Source: Acidimicrobiia bacterium (lineage in GTDB: Bacteria > Actinomycetota > Acidimicrobiia > IMCC26256 > DASPTH01). From it: DNA of 43,735 nt. Below the pieces are notes generated by a model that saw only the letters and a program-made list of their open reading frames with translations, was not told the DNA's origin and did no database searches. Location: positions 1 through 43,735 of the forward strand of contig DASUAS010000334.1 of NCBI GenBank assembly GCA_035763625.1, read 5' to 3'. How positions within the stretch are numbered: the stretch's first letter is position 1; each line of letters opens with the position of its first letter. Made by a program: the position numbers and the translations under genes. Below, one piece after another: positions 1 through 8,574 of this stretch.

Positions 1-1
1 G

Positions 2-157
2 AGCACCGGACGCGTGCTCGTGACCTTCGAAGCCGTGGCCGGCCAGATCTTCCTGGTGACGCTGGTGGCCCGGCTCGTGAGCCTCTACGGCAACAGGCAG
101 CGCCCCGCACGCGACGGCCCCGCCGCCGGCGAGCTCGGCGACCCGAGCTCCAACTGA
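2..157 (+). CDS. 3' end of a membrane protein (possibly ion-channel-like), truncated by the window edge
   Basis: Frame 2 reads ...STGRVLVTFEAVAGQIFLVTLVARLVSLYGNRQRPARDGPAAGELGDPSSN and stops at TGA 155-157. It has a hydrophobic helix followed by a charged tail and is convergent with asd. It is absent from the ORF track because no start lies in the window. Confidence 0.35.
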   Translation, partial: STGRVLVTFEAVAGQIFLVTLVARLVSLYGNRQRPARDGPAAGELGDPSSN

Positions 158-176
158 TCCTCCATCGTCGGGAAGG

Positions 177-1217
177 TCAGTCGTCGGCCAGCAGTTCGGC
201 GAGCTGCACTGCGTTCAACGCCGCGCCCTTGCGCAGGTTGTCGCCCGTGACCCAGAGGTCGAGCGTGTCGGGTTGCGACGGATCCTCCCGCAGGCGACCG
301 ACGAGCACCGGATCGATGCCGGCACCCTCCAGGGGTGTCGGTGAACCGTCGCCACCGTCGACCAGTCGCACACCGGGCGCCTCCGCGAGCAGCGCGGCAG
401 CGTCGCGCTTCGACAACGGCTGCGCGAACTGCACGTTCGCGGTCATCGCGTGGCCGACGTACACGGGCACGCGCACGCAGGTCGCGGTGGCGCGCAGCTC
501 CGGCGCGTGCAGGATCTTGCGGCTCTCGTGCAGGAGCTTCCACTCCTCGCTCGTGTAGCCGGCATCCTTCACCGAGCCGGCGAGCGGGATCACGTTGCCG
601 GCGATCGGACGGCCCCAGACCTCGCCGCCCTCGAGCGCACCCTCGACGGTGGCGGCGCGCGCGTAGCGGTCCATCTGGCCCGCGCCCTTCGTCCACTGCT
701 CCTCGAGCTCGCGCATGCCCGACTGCCCGGCGCCCGACACCGATTGATAGGTCGACACCACCAATCGCTCGATCCCCGCGGCGCGATGCAGCGGCGCCAG
801 CGCGGTCACCAACACCATCGTCGTGCAGTTCGGGCAGGACACGATCCCCTTCGGCAGGTCGCGCACGTCGTCGGGGTTGACCTCGCTCACCACCAACGGC
901 ACGTCGGGATCGGTGCGGAACGCGGCCGAGTTGTCGACCACGCGAGCGCCGGCCGCCGCCGCGCGCGGTGCCCACTCGAGCGCGAGCGGGTCGTCGACGT
1001 CGATCACCACGAGGTCGAGCCCGTCGAAGCAGCCGTCTGCGAGCACCTGGCACACGGCGTCGGCGCCCTTGAACGGCAGCGCGCGGCCCTCCGAGCGCGA
1101 CGATGCGTAGACACGCAGCTCGTCGACCGGGAAGTTGCGCTCGCCGAGCAGGCGCAGCATCTCGGTGCCGACCAGACCGGTGGCGCCCACCACGCCGACC
1201 CTCGAACCGCTCGTCAC
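177..1217 (-). CDS. asd: aspartate-semialdehyde dehydrogenase
   Basis: Uses the frame of ORF 177..1736. The NAD-binding motif [18 protein letters not shown] and the active-site motif SCPNCTT are present. The start is set to GTG 1217..1215, which overlaps the ask stop (GTGA at 1214-1217). The remaining upstream ORF is Arg/Gly-rich read-through inside ask. Confidence 0.9.
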   Translation of the reverse strand: MTSGSRVGVVGATGLVGTEMLRLLGERNFPVDELRVYASSRSEGRALPFKGADAVCQVLADGCFDGLDLVVIDVDDPLALEWAPRAAAAGARVVDNSAAFRTDPDVPLVVSEVNPDDVRDLPKGIVSCPNCTTMVLVTALAPLHRAAGIERLVVSTYQSVSGAGQSGMRELEEQWTKGAGQMDRYARAATVEGALEGGEVWGRPIAGNVIPLAGSVKDAGYTSEEWKLLHESRKILHAPELRATATCVRVPVYVGHAMTANVQFAQPLSKRDAAALLAEAPGVRLVDGGDGSPTPLEGAGIDPVLVGRLREDPSQPDTLDLWVTGDNLRKGAALNAVQLAELLADD

Positions 1218-2434
1218 GGGGCGCCCTCGAGCTCGAACGTGGCGTGCAGCGCGCGCACCGCGCGCTCGACGTCGTCCTCGTGCACGACACAGGAGATGCG
1301 GATCGTCGACGTGGAGATCATCTCGATGTTGACGGCCTCGGTCGCGAGCGTCTCGAACATCTGCGCCGCGACACCGGGGTTGCTCTTCATTCCCGCACCC
1401 ACCAGCGACACGCGGCCGATGGCGTCGTCGAAGTTCGCACCTCCGGCCTCGATCTCGACCACGATCTTGTCGACGACCTCCATCGTGCGGGTGAGCTCGT
1501 CGCGCGGCACCGTGAACGAGATGTCGGTGTGGCCGTCGGTCGAGACGTTCTGCTCGATCATGTCGACGTTGAGGTTCTCGTCGGCGAGCGAGCGGAACAC
1601 CTTGGCGGCGATGCCGGGCTTGTCGGGCACCCGGAAGATCGTGACCTTCGCCTCCGAGACGTCGTGGGTGACGCCCGAGATGATCGGCGCTTCCATTGCG
1701 TGCTCCTCGTCGTGCACCCAGGTGCCGGTCTCCCACGTGAAGCTCGAACGCACGTGGACGGGGACCTGGTAGTTGCGGGCGAACTCGACCGAGCGCAGCG
1801 CGAGCACCCGGCCACCGGTGGCGGACATCTCGAGCATCTCGTGGTAGGACAGGCGCTCGAGTCGCCGGGCCTCGGGGACGATGCGCGGGTCCGCGGTGTA
1901 GACGCCGGACACGTCGGTGTAGATCTCACACACGTCGGCTTCGAGCGCAGCGGCCAGCGCGACCGCGGTGGTGTCGGAGCCGCCACGACCCAGCGTGGTG
2001 ATGGCGCTCTCGGTCGACACGCCCTGGAATCCGGCGACGACGGCGACGCTGCCCGCGTCGAGCGCGGCGCGCACGCGGTCACCACGGATCTCGAGGATCT
2101 TCGCCTTGCGGTGGACGGTGTCGGTGACGATGCCGGCCTGGGAGCCGGTGAAGGACACGGCCGGCTCGCCGAGGTCGATGATGGCCATGCAGAGGAGGGC
2201 GATCGAGATGCGCTCCCCCGACGTGAGCAGCATGTCCATCTCGCGGGCGGTCGGGTCGCCCGACACCTGGTGCGCGAGCCGCTCGAGGTCGTCGGTGGTC
2301 CTGCCCATCGCGGAGACGACGACCACGACGTCGTTGCCCGCGCGCCGGGTGCGCACGATGTGCTCAGCGACGGCGCGGATGCGGTCGGGATCGGCAACGG
2401 AGGTGCCGCCGAACTTCTGCACGAGCAGGCTCAC
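1214..2434 (-). CDS. ask: aspartokinase (alpha subunit, with a nested beta subunit)
   Basis: 406 aa beginning [19 protein letters not shown] (GTG start at 2434). It has an amino-acid kinase fold followed by two ACT-like regions, in the classic ask-asd operon arrangement. Confidence 0.93.
   Translation of the reverse strand: MSLLVQKFGGTSVADPDRIRAVAEHIVRTRRAGNDVVVVVSAMGRTTDDLERLAHQVSGDPTAREMDMLLTSGERISIALLCMAIIDLGEPAVSFTGSQAGIVTDTVHRKAKILEIRGDRVRAALDAGSVAVVAGFQGVSTESAITTLGRGGSDTTAVALAAALEADVCEIYTDVSGVYTADPRIVPEARRLERLSYHEMLEMSATGGRVLALRSVEFARNYQVPVHVRSSFTWETGTWVHDEEHAMEAPIISGVTHDVSEAKVTIFRVPDKPGIAAKVFRSLADENLNVDMIEQNVSTDGHTDISFTVPRDELTRTMEVVDKIVVEIEAGGANFDDAIGRVSLVGAGMKSNPGVAAQMFETLATEAVNIEMISTSTIRISCVVHEDDVERAVRALHATFELEGAP
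1694..1708 (-). promoter_or_regulatory. internal RBS plus ATG for the aspartokinase beta subunit
   Basis: On the minus strand GAGGAG (1708..1703) lies 6 nt upstream of an in-frame ATG (1696..1694). This ATG opens [21 protein letters not shown], the position where actinobacterial LysC beta subunits start. Confidence 0.55.
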
Positions 2435-2502
2435 GACCGACCATGGTACGAGGTGCGACCTCGATCCTTTGGCCGGATTCGGCGTCGGTAGACTCCCCCG
2501 CC

Positions 2503-3279
2503 GTGCCCAAGGCCACCAAACGAGAGCGTCAACACCAGAACCGGGATGCCCGCCGGGCCGCCATGGAGGAGGAGGCGAAGCGGCATCGCCGCAACCGCAC
2601 CATCCGGAACTTCGCGCTGCTCCTCGTCCCCCTCGTCGTGCTCTTCGTGATCCTCCAGCTGACGAACAGCAACGACAGCAAGAACACGTCGTCGTCGACC
2701 AACGACATCAAGCGCAGCTACGCCAAGGCGCCGGAGCAGACCATCGACCCGACGGCGGCGTACACCGCGACCATCGACACGTCCGAGGGCACCATCGTCG
2801 TCGGCCTCGATGCCGCGCAGTACCCGACGTCGGTGAACAACTTCGTCTTCCTCGCGAAGAACAAGTTCTACGACGGGCTGCGCTTCAACCGGGCCGCCAA
2901 GGACTTCGTGATCCAGACCGGCAGCCCGGACAACACCACGGCCGGGGGTCCCGGCTACTCCGTCGTGGGTGAGGTGCCCACGACCACGCCCGCGTATCCG
3001 GTCGGCGCGGTCGCGTTCGCCAAGGCGGGGAACGAGCCGACGGGGACGGCGGGCTCGCAGTTCTTCATCGTGACCGGTTCGTCGAACCTGGACCTGCCCG
3101 CCGACTACGCCGGGATCGGCACCGTGACCCAGGGCCTCGACGTGGCCCAGAAGATCGACGCCCTCGCCCCCGCGAGCGGTGACGGCACTCCCACCAAGAA
3201 GGTGACGATCAAGAAGATCACCATCTCGGAGACGCCGGCGACGACCACGACGGCCGCACCGACGACCCTGGCGCCGTAG
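2503..3279 (+). CDS. membrane-anchored cyclophilin-type peptidyl-prolyl isomerase
   Basis: Cyclophilin core: [29 protein letters not shown]...GSQFFIVTG. The N-terminus is basic and followed by a TM helix ([17 protein letters not shown]). I prefer the in-frame GTG at 2503 over the ATG at 2443, which sits only 9 nt from the divergent ask start. The start remains uncertain. Confidence 0.8.
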   Translation: MPKATKRERQHQNRDARRAAMEEEAKRHRRNRTIRNFALLLVPLVVLFVILQLTNSNDSKNTSSSTNDIKRSYAKAPEQTIDPTAAYTATIDTSEGTIVVGLDAAQYPTSVNNFVFLAKNKFYDGLRFNRAAKDFVIQTGSPDNTTAGGPGYSVVGEVPTTTPAYPVGAVAFAKAGNEPTGTAGSQFFIVTGSSNLDLPADYAGIGTVTQGLDVAQKIDALAPASGDGTPTKKVTIKKITISETPATTTTAAPTTLAP

Positions 3280-3294
3280 TCCTGCGGCCGCCCC

Positions 3295-3323
3295 TTGACG
3301 ATCAGGTCAGGCTGCCCTAACCT
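3295..3323 (+). promoter_or_regulatory. sigma-70-like promoter of bfd-bfr, giving a leaderless or near-leaderless transcript
   Basis: TTGACG (3295-3300), a 17-nt spacer, then TAACCT (3318-3323). The bfd ATG at 3332 lies 8 nt after the -10 element and has no SD sequence. Confidence 0.5.
3302..3320. promoter_or_regulatory. IdeR/DtxR-type iron box candidate
   Basis: TCAGGTCAGGCTGCCCTAA matches the mycobacterial IdeR consensus TTAGGTTAGGCTAACCTAA at 15 of 19 positions (counted by hand). It sits between the -35 and -10 elements of the bfd-bfr promoter. Confidence 0.5.
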
Positions 3324-3331
3324 GTGAGTCG

Positions 3332-3520
3332 ATGTACGTGTGCCACTGCCGCGCGGTCACCGATCACACGATCGACAGCGAGGTGGAGCGCGGTGCGACC
3401 ACGATCGAGGAGCTGGCTGCCCGCTGCGGCGCCGGTGCCGAGTGTGGGGGGTGCTGGCCAGCGCTCGAGGAGCTGCTCGAGCACCATCGCCCCCGGGAAC
3501 TCGCCACTGCGCATCGGTAG
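3332..3520 (+). CDS. bfd: bacterioferritin-associated ferredoxin (BFD-like [2Fe-2S] domain)
   Basis: 62 aa, MYVCHCRAVTD...CGAGAECGGCWP, with the four-Cys BFD pattern. It lies immediately upstream of bfr. Confidence 0.88.
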   Translation: MYVCHCRAVTDHTIDSEVERGATTIEELAARCGAGAECGGCWPALEELLEHHRPRELATAHR

Positions 3521-3529
3521 TCTCGGCGC

Positions 3530-4000
3530 ATGCAACGTGACGCCGCCATCACCGAGCTGCTCAACGAGGTCCTGACCGCCGAGCTCACGTCGGTGAACCA
3601 GTACTTCGTCGACTCGAAGATGCTCGACAACTGGGGCTACGAGGCGCTCGCGAAGCACTACCGCGACGAGTCGATCGACGAGATGAAGGACGCCGACGAG
3701 CTCATGGGTCGCATCCTCTTCCTCGAAGGCGTGCCGAACCTCCAGCGGCTCAGCACGGTGCGCGTCGGCGAGACGGTGCCCGAGAAGCTGCAGCTCGCCC
3801 TCGACCTCGAGTACGAGTCGATCGATCGTCTCAACCTCGGCATCGCCACGTGCCGCGACCTCGGCGACAACGGCACCCGGGAGCTCCTCGAGCACATCCT
3901 CGACGGCGAAGAGGAGCACGCCGACTGGCTCGAGACGCAGCTGGGTCTCGTCGCCAAGCTGGGCGAGGTCAATTACCTGGCGCAGCAACTTCGGGACTGA
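3530..4000 (+). CDS. bfr: bacterioferritin
   Basis: 156 aa and alignable by eye to E. coli Bfr (ELTSVNQYF, ESIDEMK, ILFLEG, EEEHADWLE). E18, E51, M52, E94, E127 and H130 are conserved. Position 54 is Asp instead of His. Confidence 0.92.
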   Translation: MQRDAAITELLNEVLTAELTSVNQYFVDSKMLDNWGYEALAKHYRDESIDEMKDADELMGRILFLEGVPNLQRLSTVRVGETVPEKLQLALDLEYESIDRLNLGIATCRDLGDNGTRELLEHILDGEEEHADWLETQLGLVAKLGEVNYLAQQLRD

Positions 4001-4049
4001 CCCCCGTCGCTCGCGTCCGGCCGGTCAGGCGGGCGATCGAGCGGGCCGG

Positions 4050-4748
4050 TCAGGCAGGGAGGCCGGCGGGCACGTCGCCGGGCGCGTACGTGGTGGTACC
4101 TCCGCTCGCGTAGAGCGTCACCGTGCCCGCGCCCGCGACCGACCACCCGTCGGGCCCCTTGATCAACGCCGTCTCCTCGTCGATGCCGGCGAGGACGGCA
4201 GTGCGCGGCAGGAGGTCGATCGAACGTTCCCGCAGGTGTTTGGCGGCGGTGCCGTGGTACGGGAACACGGCGAGGTTCTTCACCACCCCGAGTCCGACGG
4301 TGTAGGCGCCGCCCCGCGGGTCGACCATCGGATCGCACAGGAGCGTGGCGCCGGCACCGGACGCGGCCAGCACTCCACCGGAGTGGTAGGCCGCGAGCAG
4401 GGCGTCGAAGAGGGCGGAGTCCTTGAGCACCGACCGCAGGTGCAGCGGGGAGCCGTCGGCCAGGTACACGAAGGCGGCCGAGCGCACCGTCTTGGCCAGC
4501 GCGTGGTCTTCGGCCTCGGACCGGTGCAGCACCGGGAGGGTGCGCACCTCGGCACCCAGGCCGCCGAAGTACGCCTCGGCGCGCTCGCCCACCCGCTCCG
4601 GGTGCTCGTACGCGGCCGCGGTCGGCAGCACCAGCACCGGGCCGGAACCGCTGCGGGCCAGCAGCTCGGCGTCGAAGTCACGCGCGCCCGGGCCCCACTC
4701 CCCGCCCCCGACCAGCGCGAGCGTCCCGGCGGCGTGGCGGGCTCCCAT
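4050..4748 (-). CDS. peptidase S51 / cyanophycinase-like (class I glutamine amidotransferase-like fold) protein
   Basis: 232 aa. LALVGGGEW...VLVLPTAAAY...FVYLADGSPLHL...AASGAGATLL follows the peptidase E/cyanophycinase family pattern. Confidence 0.6.
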   Translation of the reverse strand: MGARHAAGTLALVGGGEWGPGARDFDAELLARSGSGPVLVLPTAAAYEHPERVGERAEAYFGGLGAEVRTLPVLHRSEAEDHALAKTVRSAAFVYLADGSPLHLRSVLKDSALFDALLAAYHSGGVLAASGAGATLLCDPMVDPRGGAYTVGLGVVKNLAVFPYHGTAAKHLRERSIDLLPRTAVLAGIDEETALIKGPDGWSVAGAGTVTLYASGGTTTYAPGDVPAGLPA

Positions 4749-4788
4749 CGGGCCGGAGACTAGCCGGACCGCCCGATGGCGACGCCGT

Positions 4789-4808
4789 AAGTTACCGGCT
4801 GGTAACCT
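4789..4808. promoter_or_regulatory. inverted repeat AAGTTACC-GGCT-GGTAACCT, candidate operator upstream of hbd-ecm
   Basis: Arms of 8 nt (7/8 complementary, with a perfect GTTACC/GGTAAC core) and a 4-nt spacer. It lies 54 nt upstream of the hbd GTG in the divergent S51/hbd intergenic region. The motif is shared with 18941..18970. Confidence 0.5.
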
Positions 4809-4861
4809 GGCCGCTCTCGTACGACAGGTCCGCGTGTCGTTCCACGACGGGGGAGCGTGAG

Positions 4862-5716
4862 GTGGCGATCAAGCGCGTCGGTGTGGTCGGTTCCGGGATC
4901 ATGGGTGCAGGCGTGGCCGAAGTGGCCGCGGCCTCGGGCTTCGAGGTCGTGCTGCGCAGCCGCACCCAGGCCGGTGCCGACGCCATGGTGGCGGGACTCG
5001 ATGCGTCGCTGGCGCGGCAGGTCGAGAAGGGGCGGATCGAGCACGACACCGCGGCCGAGGTGCGCGCCCGGGTGAGCGCGGTCACCGCCGTCGAGGAGCT
5101 CGCAGCCTGCGACCTCGTGCTCGAGTCGATCGTCGAGGACCTGGCCACCAAGCAGGATCTCTTCCGCGACCTCGACCGCGTGTGCACGCCGTCGGCCATC
5201 CTCGCCACCAACACCTCGACGCTGCCCGTCGTCGAGATGGCGATGGTGACGCAACGGCCCGAGCGGGTCTGCGGCATCCACTTCTTCAACCCCGCGCCCG
5301 CCATGTCGCTGGTCGAGCTCGTCCCCGCGATCACGACCACCGACGCGACCCTCGCCGAAGCGCGTGCGTTCGTCGAGGCGTGCGGCAAGACCGCGGTGAC
5401 GGTGAAGGATCAGGCCGGCTTCGTGGTGAACGCGCTTCTGTTCCCTTACCTCAACAACGCGGTGCGCCTCTTCGACGCCGGCGTGGCGTCGCGCGACGAC
5501 ATCGACGCGGCGATGAAGGGCGGCTGCAACTTCCCCATGGGCCCGCTCGAGCTGCTCGACCTCGTGGGCCTCGACACCAGCCTCGCCATCCTCGAGGCGC
5601 TGTACGCCGAGTTCCACGATCCGAACTTCGCCCCCGCCCCGCTGCTGCGCCGGATGGTCGCGGCGCAACGCCTGGGCCGCAAGACCGGCACCGGCTTCTA
5701 CGACCACCGCCGCTGA
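4862..5716 (+). CDS. hbd: 3-hydroxybutyryl-CoA dehydrogenase
   Basis: 284 aa. Rossmann motif VGVVGSGIMGAGVA and a 3-hydroxyacyl-CoA dehydrogenase C-terminal domain (GFVVNALLFPYLNNAV). GTG start, preceded by GGGGGAG. Confidence 0.88.
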   Translation: MAIKRVGVVGSGIMGAGVAEVAAASGFEVVLRSRTQAGADAMVAGLDASLARQVEKGRIEHDTAAEVRARVSAVTAVEELAACDLVLESIVEDLATKQDLFRDLDRVCTPSAILATNTSTLPVVEMAMVTQRPERVCGIHFFNPAPAMSLVELVPAITTTDATLAEARAFVEACGKTAVTVKDQAGFVVNALLFPYLNNAVRLFDAGVASRDDIDAAMKGGCNFPMGPLELLDLVGLDTSLAILEALYAEFHDPNFAPAPLLRRMVAAQRLGRKTGTGFYDHRR

Positions 5717-5750
5717 CCGCTCGACGAACCGTTCCGGGGTCCCCCTCCGC

Positions 5751-7721
5751 ATGGGGGAGAATGTGACCGTGGCCGATCGACCCTGGCTGATGCGGACGTA
5801 CTCGGGCCACTCGTCCGCGCGCGCCTCGAACGAGCTGTACCGCTCCAACCTGGCGAAGGGCCAGACCGGTCTCTCGGTGGCGTTCGACCTCCCCACGCAG
5901 ACGGGGTACGACCCCGACGATCCGCTCGCCCGGGGCGAGGTGGGCAAGGTCGGTGTGCCGGTTCCCGATCTCGGGGCGATGCGGACGTTGTTCGACGGCA
6001 TCCCGCTCGACGAGATGAACACGTCGATGACGATCAACGCCACCGCGATGTGGCTGTTCGGGATGTACCTCGCGCTGGCCGAGGAGCGCGGTGTCGACCC
6101 GGCCCGGTTGGCCGGGACGACGCAGAACGACATCGTGAAGGAGTACCTCTCGCGCGGGACGTACATCTTCGGGCCCGAGGCTTCGCGGCGGTTGACCGTG
6201 GATCTGGTGTGCCACGCGGTGGCGCACGTGCCGAAGTGGAACCCGATCAACGTGTGCTCGTACCACCTGCAGGAGGCGGGCGCGACGCCGGTCGAAGAGG
6301 TCGCGTACGCGCTCGCCACCGCGGTCGACGTCCTCGACGCCGTGCGCGCGTCGGGTCAGGTCGACGCCGACGAGCTCCCGGCGGTCGTGGGGCGCATCTC
6401 GTTCTTCGTGAACGCGGGGATCCGCTTCGTCGAGGAGATGTGCAAGCTCCGGGCGTTCGGGATCCTGTGGGACCGCATCACCGCCGAGCGCTACGGCGTG
6501 AGCGACGAGAAGTTGCGCCGGTTCCGCTACGGCGTGCAGGTGAACTCGCTCGGGCTCACCGAGGCGCAACCCGAGAACAACGTGCAACGCATCGTGCTCG
6601 AGGCGCTCGGGGTGACCCTCTCGAAGGACGCCCGGGCCCGCGCGGTGCAGCTGCCGGCATGGAACGAGGCGCTCGGCCTGCCACGCCCGTGGGACCAGCA
6701 GTGGTCGTTGCGCATCCAGCAGGTCCTCGCGTACGAGACCGACCTGCTCGAGTACGACGACCTGTTCGCCGGTTCGCACGTGGTGGAGCAGAAGACCGTC
6801 GAGATCGCCGACGCCGCCGAAGCGGAGCTCCAGTGGGTGCTCGACGGCGGTGGCGCGTTCGCCATGATCGACCCGATGAAGCGACGTCTGGTGCAGAGCA
6901 ACGCCGAGCGCGTGCGCCGCATCGAGGCCGGTGACCTGACCGTCGTGGGCGTCAACGCGTACTCCGAGACGGCACCGTCGCCGCTCGCCGACTCCCTCGA
7001 CGGGGAGGCGAACATCCTCGTCGTCGACGAGTCCGTCGAACGCGACGAGATCGAGCAGCTCGACGCGTGGCGCGCCGCGCGCGACGGCGACTCGGTCGCA
7101 CGTGCACTCGACGTCGTGCGCGAGACGGCGCGCGGCACCGACAACCTCACGCCGGCGACGGTCGAGCTCGCGCGCGCGGGCGGCACGGTCGGCGAATGGG
7201 CCGGCGCGCTGCGCGACGTGTTCGGCGAGTACCGCGCACCGACGGGTGTCGGTGGCGTCCACGCCGCCGGAGGCGACGCGATGCGGCGCGCCCGGAACCG
7301 GGTCCAGGAGCGCGTGGTCGTGCTCGGGCATCCCATCCGCATCCTCGTGGGCAAGCCCGGCCTCGACGGCCACTCCAACGGCGCCGAACAGATCGCGGTC
7401 GCCGCCCGCGACGCGGGCATGGAGGTCGTCTACCAGGGGATTCGGCTCACCCCCGAGCAGATCGCGGCGGCGGCCCGCGACGAGGACGTCGACCTGGTGG
7501 GGTTGTCGGTGCTCTCCGGATCCCACCGCACGCTGGTGCCCGAGACCATCGAACTGCTGCGGGCCAACGGCGTCGACGCGCCGGTGGTCGTCGGCGGGAT
7601 CATCCCCGAGGCCGACCAACCCGCGCTCCTCGCCGCCGGCGTCTCACGCGTCTACACGCCCAAGGACTTCCGGCTCAGCGACATCGTGGCCGAGCTCGCC
7701 GAGCTGGTGACAGCCCGATGA
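5751..7721 (+). CDS. ecm: fused B12-dependent acyl-CoA mutase, ethylmalonyl-CoA mutase (MeaA/Ecm)-like
   Basis: 656 aa. The N-terminus DRPWLMRTYSGHSSA...GQTGLSVAFDLPTQTGYD is a mutase TIM-barrel. The C-terminal B12 domain carries DxHxxG (GLDGHSNG). Size and N-terminal motif resemble MeaA rather than the roughly 730-aa MCM alpha subunit, and ccr, epimerase and hbd are nearby. Substrate specificity is inferred. Confidence 0.75.
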   Translation: MGENVTVADRPWLMRTYSGHSSARASNELYRSNLAKGQTGLSVAFDLPTQTGYDPDDPLARGEVGKVGVPVPDLGAMRTLFDGIPLDEMNTSMTINATAMWLFGMYLALAEERGVDPARLAGTTQNDIVKEYLSRGTYIFGPEASRRLTVDLVCHAVAHVPKWNPINVCSYHLQEAGATPVEEVAYALATAVDVLDAVRASGQVDADELPAVVGRISFFVNAGIRFVEEMCKLRAFGILWDRITAERYGVSDEKLRRFRYGVQVNSLGLTEAQPENNVQRIVLEALGVTLSKDARARAVQLPAWNEALGLPRPWDQQWSLRIQQVLAYETDLLEYDDLFAGSHVVEQKTVEIADAAEAELQWVLDGGGAFAMIDPMKRRLVQSNAERVRRIEAGDLTVVGVNAYSETAPSPLADSLDGEANILVVDESVERDEIEQLDAWRAARDGDSVARALDVVRETARGTDNLTPATVELARAGGTVGEWAGALRDVFGEYRAPTGVGGVHAAGGDAMRRARNRVQERVVVLGHPIRILVGKPGLDGHSNGAEQIAVAARDAGMEVVYQGIRLTPEQIAAAARDEDVDLVGLSVLSGSHRTLVPETIELLRANGVDAPVVVGGIIPEADQPALLAAGVSRVYTPKDFRLSDIVAELAELVTAR

Positions 7722-7728
7722 GGCCGCG

Positions 7729-8547
7729 ATGAGCCCCGCGCCCGAACGCGCCAACAACTACGGCGTCGTCGCGTGCGCCACGTTGGCGGTGATCGCAGTG
7801 GTGATCGGCGTCACCGCGGTGATCGCCGACGAGGCGCTGCTCGGACTCGTGGCTGCGGCCGTGGGCGTCGGCGCAGCCGCCGTGGGCGCGCTCGTCGACG
7901 TGCGCCGCAGCCGCGCCGAGGACTCGCTCTGGGAAGCGCGCGCCCAGGCCCGCCGCCTGCGGCGCGAGCTGGAGGCTCTGCAGGCCGAGGTGGCCGAGGA
8001 GCAGACGCTCGCGACCACGCGCGCCGACGAGCTGTCCGACCTCCCGCCCGGCACCGACACCGAGGACTGGGAGATCGATCCCGTGTCGGGCCTGCTGCGC
8101 CAACGTCATCTCGCGGTGCTGCTCCAGCAGGTCGTGGCGGCCGCCCGCCGCAAGGTGCAGCCGGTGTCGGTCGTGTTCTGGGAGGTCGACGACCTCGGCG
8201 ACGCCGATCCTGGAGCGAGCGAGCAGGCCCTCACCGCACTGGGCGCGGTCGCTTGGCGCACGCTGCGCGAGAGCGACGCGGTCTTCCGTCTCGGCGACGC
8301 GGTCGCGGTGGCGGTGCTGGTCGACACCGCGGAACCGGGTGCGCTGGTCGTCGCGGAGCGGGTCCGCGGCGCACTGCGCACGAGCGCGGTGGGCGACACG
8401 CTCACCGTGTCGGCGGGCATCGCGTGCTACCCGACCCACGCTCTCGACGCCGCCGAGCTCGTCGCGCGCGCCGGACGCGCGCTCGAGCAGGCACGCCGCG
8501 ACGGTCACGCGCGCGACCACGTGGCGATCGCCGAGCAGTCCGCCTAG
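7729..8547 (+). CDS. membrane-anchored coiled-coil protein with a degenerate GGDEF domain
   Basis: It has an N-terminal TM segment and a coiled coil (RRLRRELEALQAEVAEEQ). The GGDEF-fold region runs DPVSGLLRQRHL...VVFWEVDDLGD...FRLGDAVAVAV...SAGIACYP...ARAGRALEQARRDG. LGDAV replaces the GGDEF signature. Confidence 0.6.
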   Translation: MSPAPERANNYGVVACATLAVIAVVIGVTAVIADEALLGLVAAAVGVGAAAVGALVDVRRSRAEDSLWEARAQARRLRRELEALQAEVAEEQTLATTRADELSDLPPGTDTEDWEIDPVSGLLRQRHLAVLLQQVVAAARRKVQPVSVVFWEVDDLGDADPGASEQALTALGAVAWRTLRESDAVFRLGDAVAVAVLVDTAEPGALVVAERVRGALRTSAVGDTLTVSAGIACYPTHALDAAELVARAGRALEQARRDGHARDHVAIAEQSA

Positions 8548-8574
8548 CCGAAGCCGCTCCCGGCACACCCGCGA

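Noticed and set aside
2443-2502. ATG 2443 as the start of the cyclophilin gene.
   Set aside because: It lies 9 nt from the divergent ask start codon, and the first 20 residues are not conserved-looking. The downstream in-frame GTG 2503, which opens the basic N-terminal segment, is preferred, though this remains uncertain.
4001-4055. Direct repeat GGCCGGTCAGGC (two copies about 24 nt apart) downstream of bfr.
   Set aside because: It is short and GC-rich, partly overlaps the S51 gene end, and forms no convincing hairpin. It is probably chance.
5717-5750. Considered a cobalamin riboswitch upstream of the B12-dependent mutase.
   Set aside because: The hbd-ecm gap is only 34 nt, far too short, and the genes are most likely co-transcribed.
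5451-7619. Long antisense ORFs: 5451-7619, 8716-11229, 14649-17054, 18060-20036, 24038-26230, 4760-6319 and others.
   Set aside because: Each lies opposite a gene with clear family motifs. Their translations are low-complexity R/G/D/H/A-rich with no recognisable domains. Such ORFs are expected by chance when stop codons are rare in GC-rich DNA.
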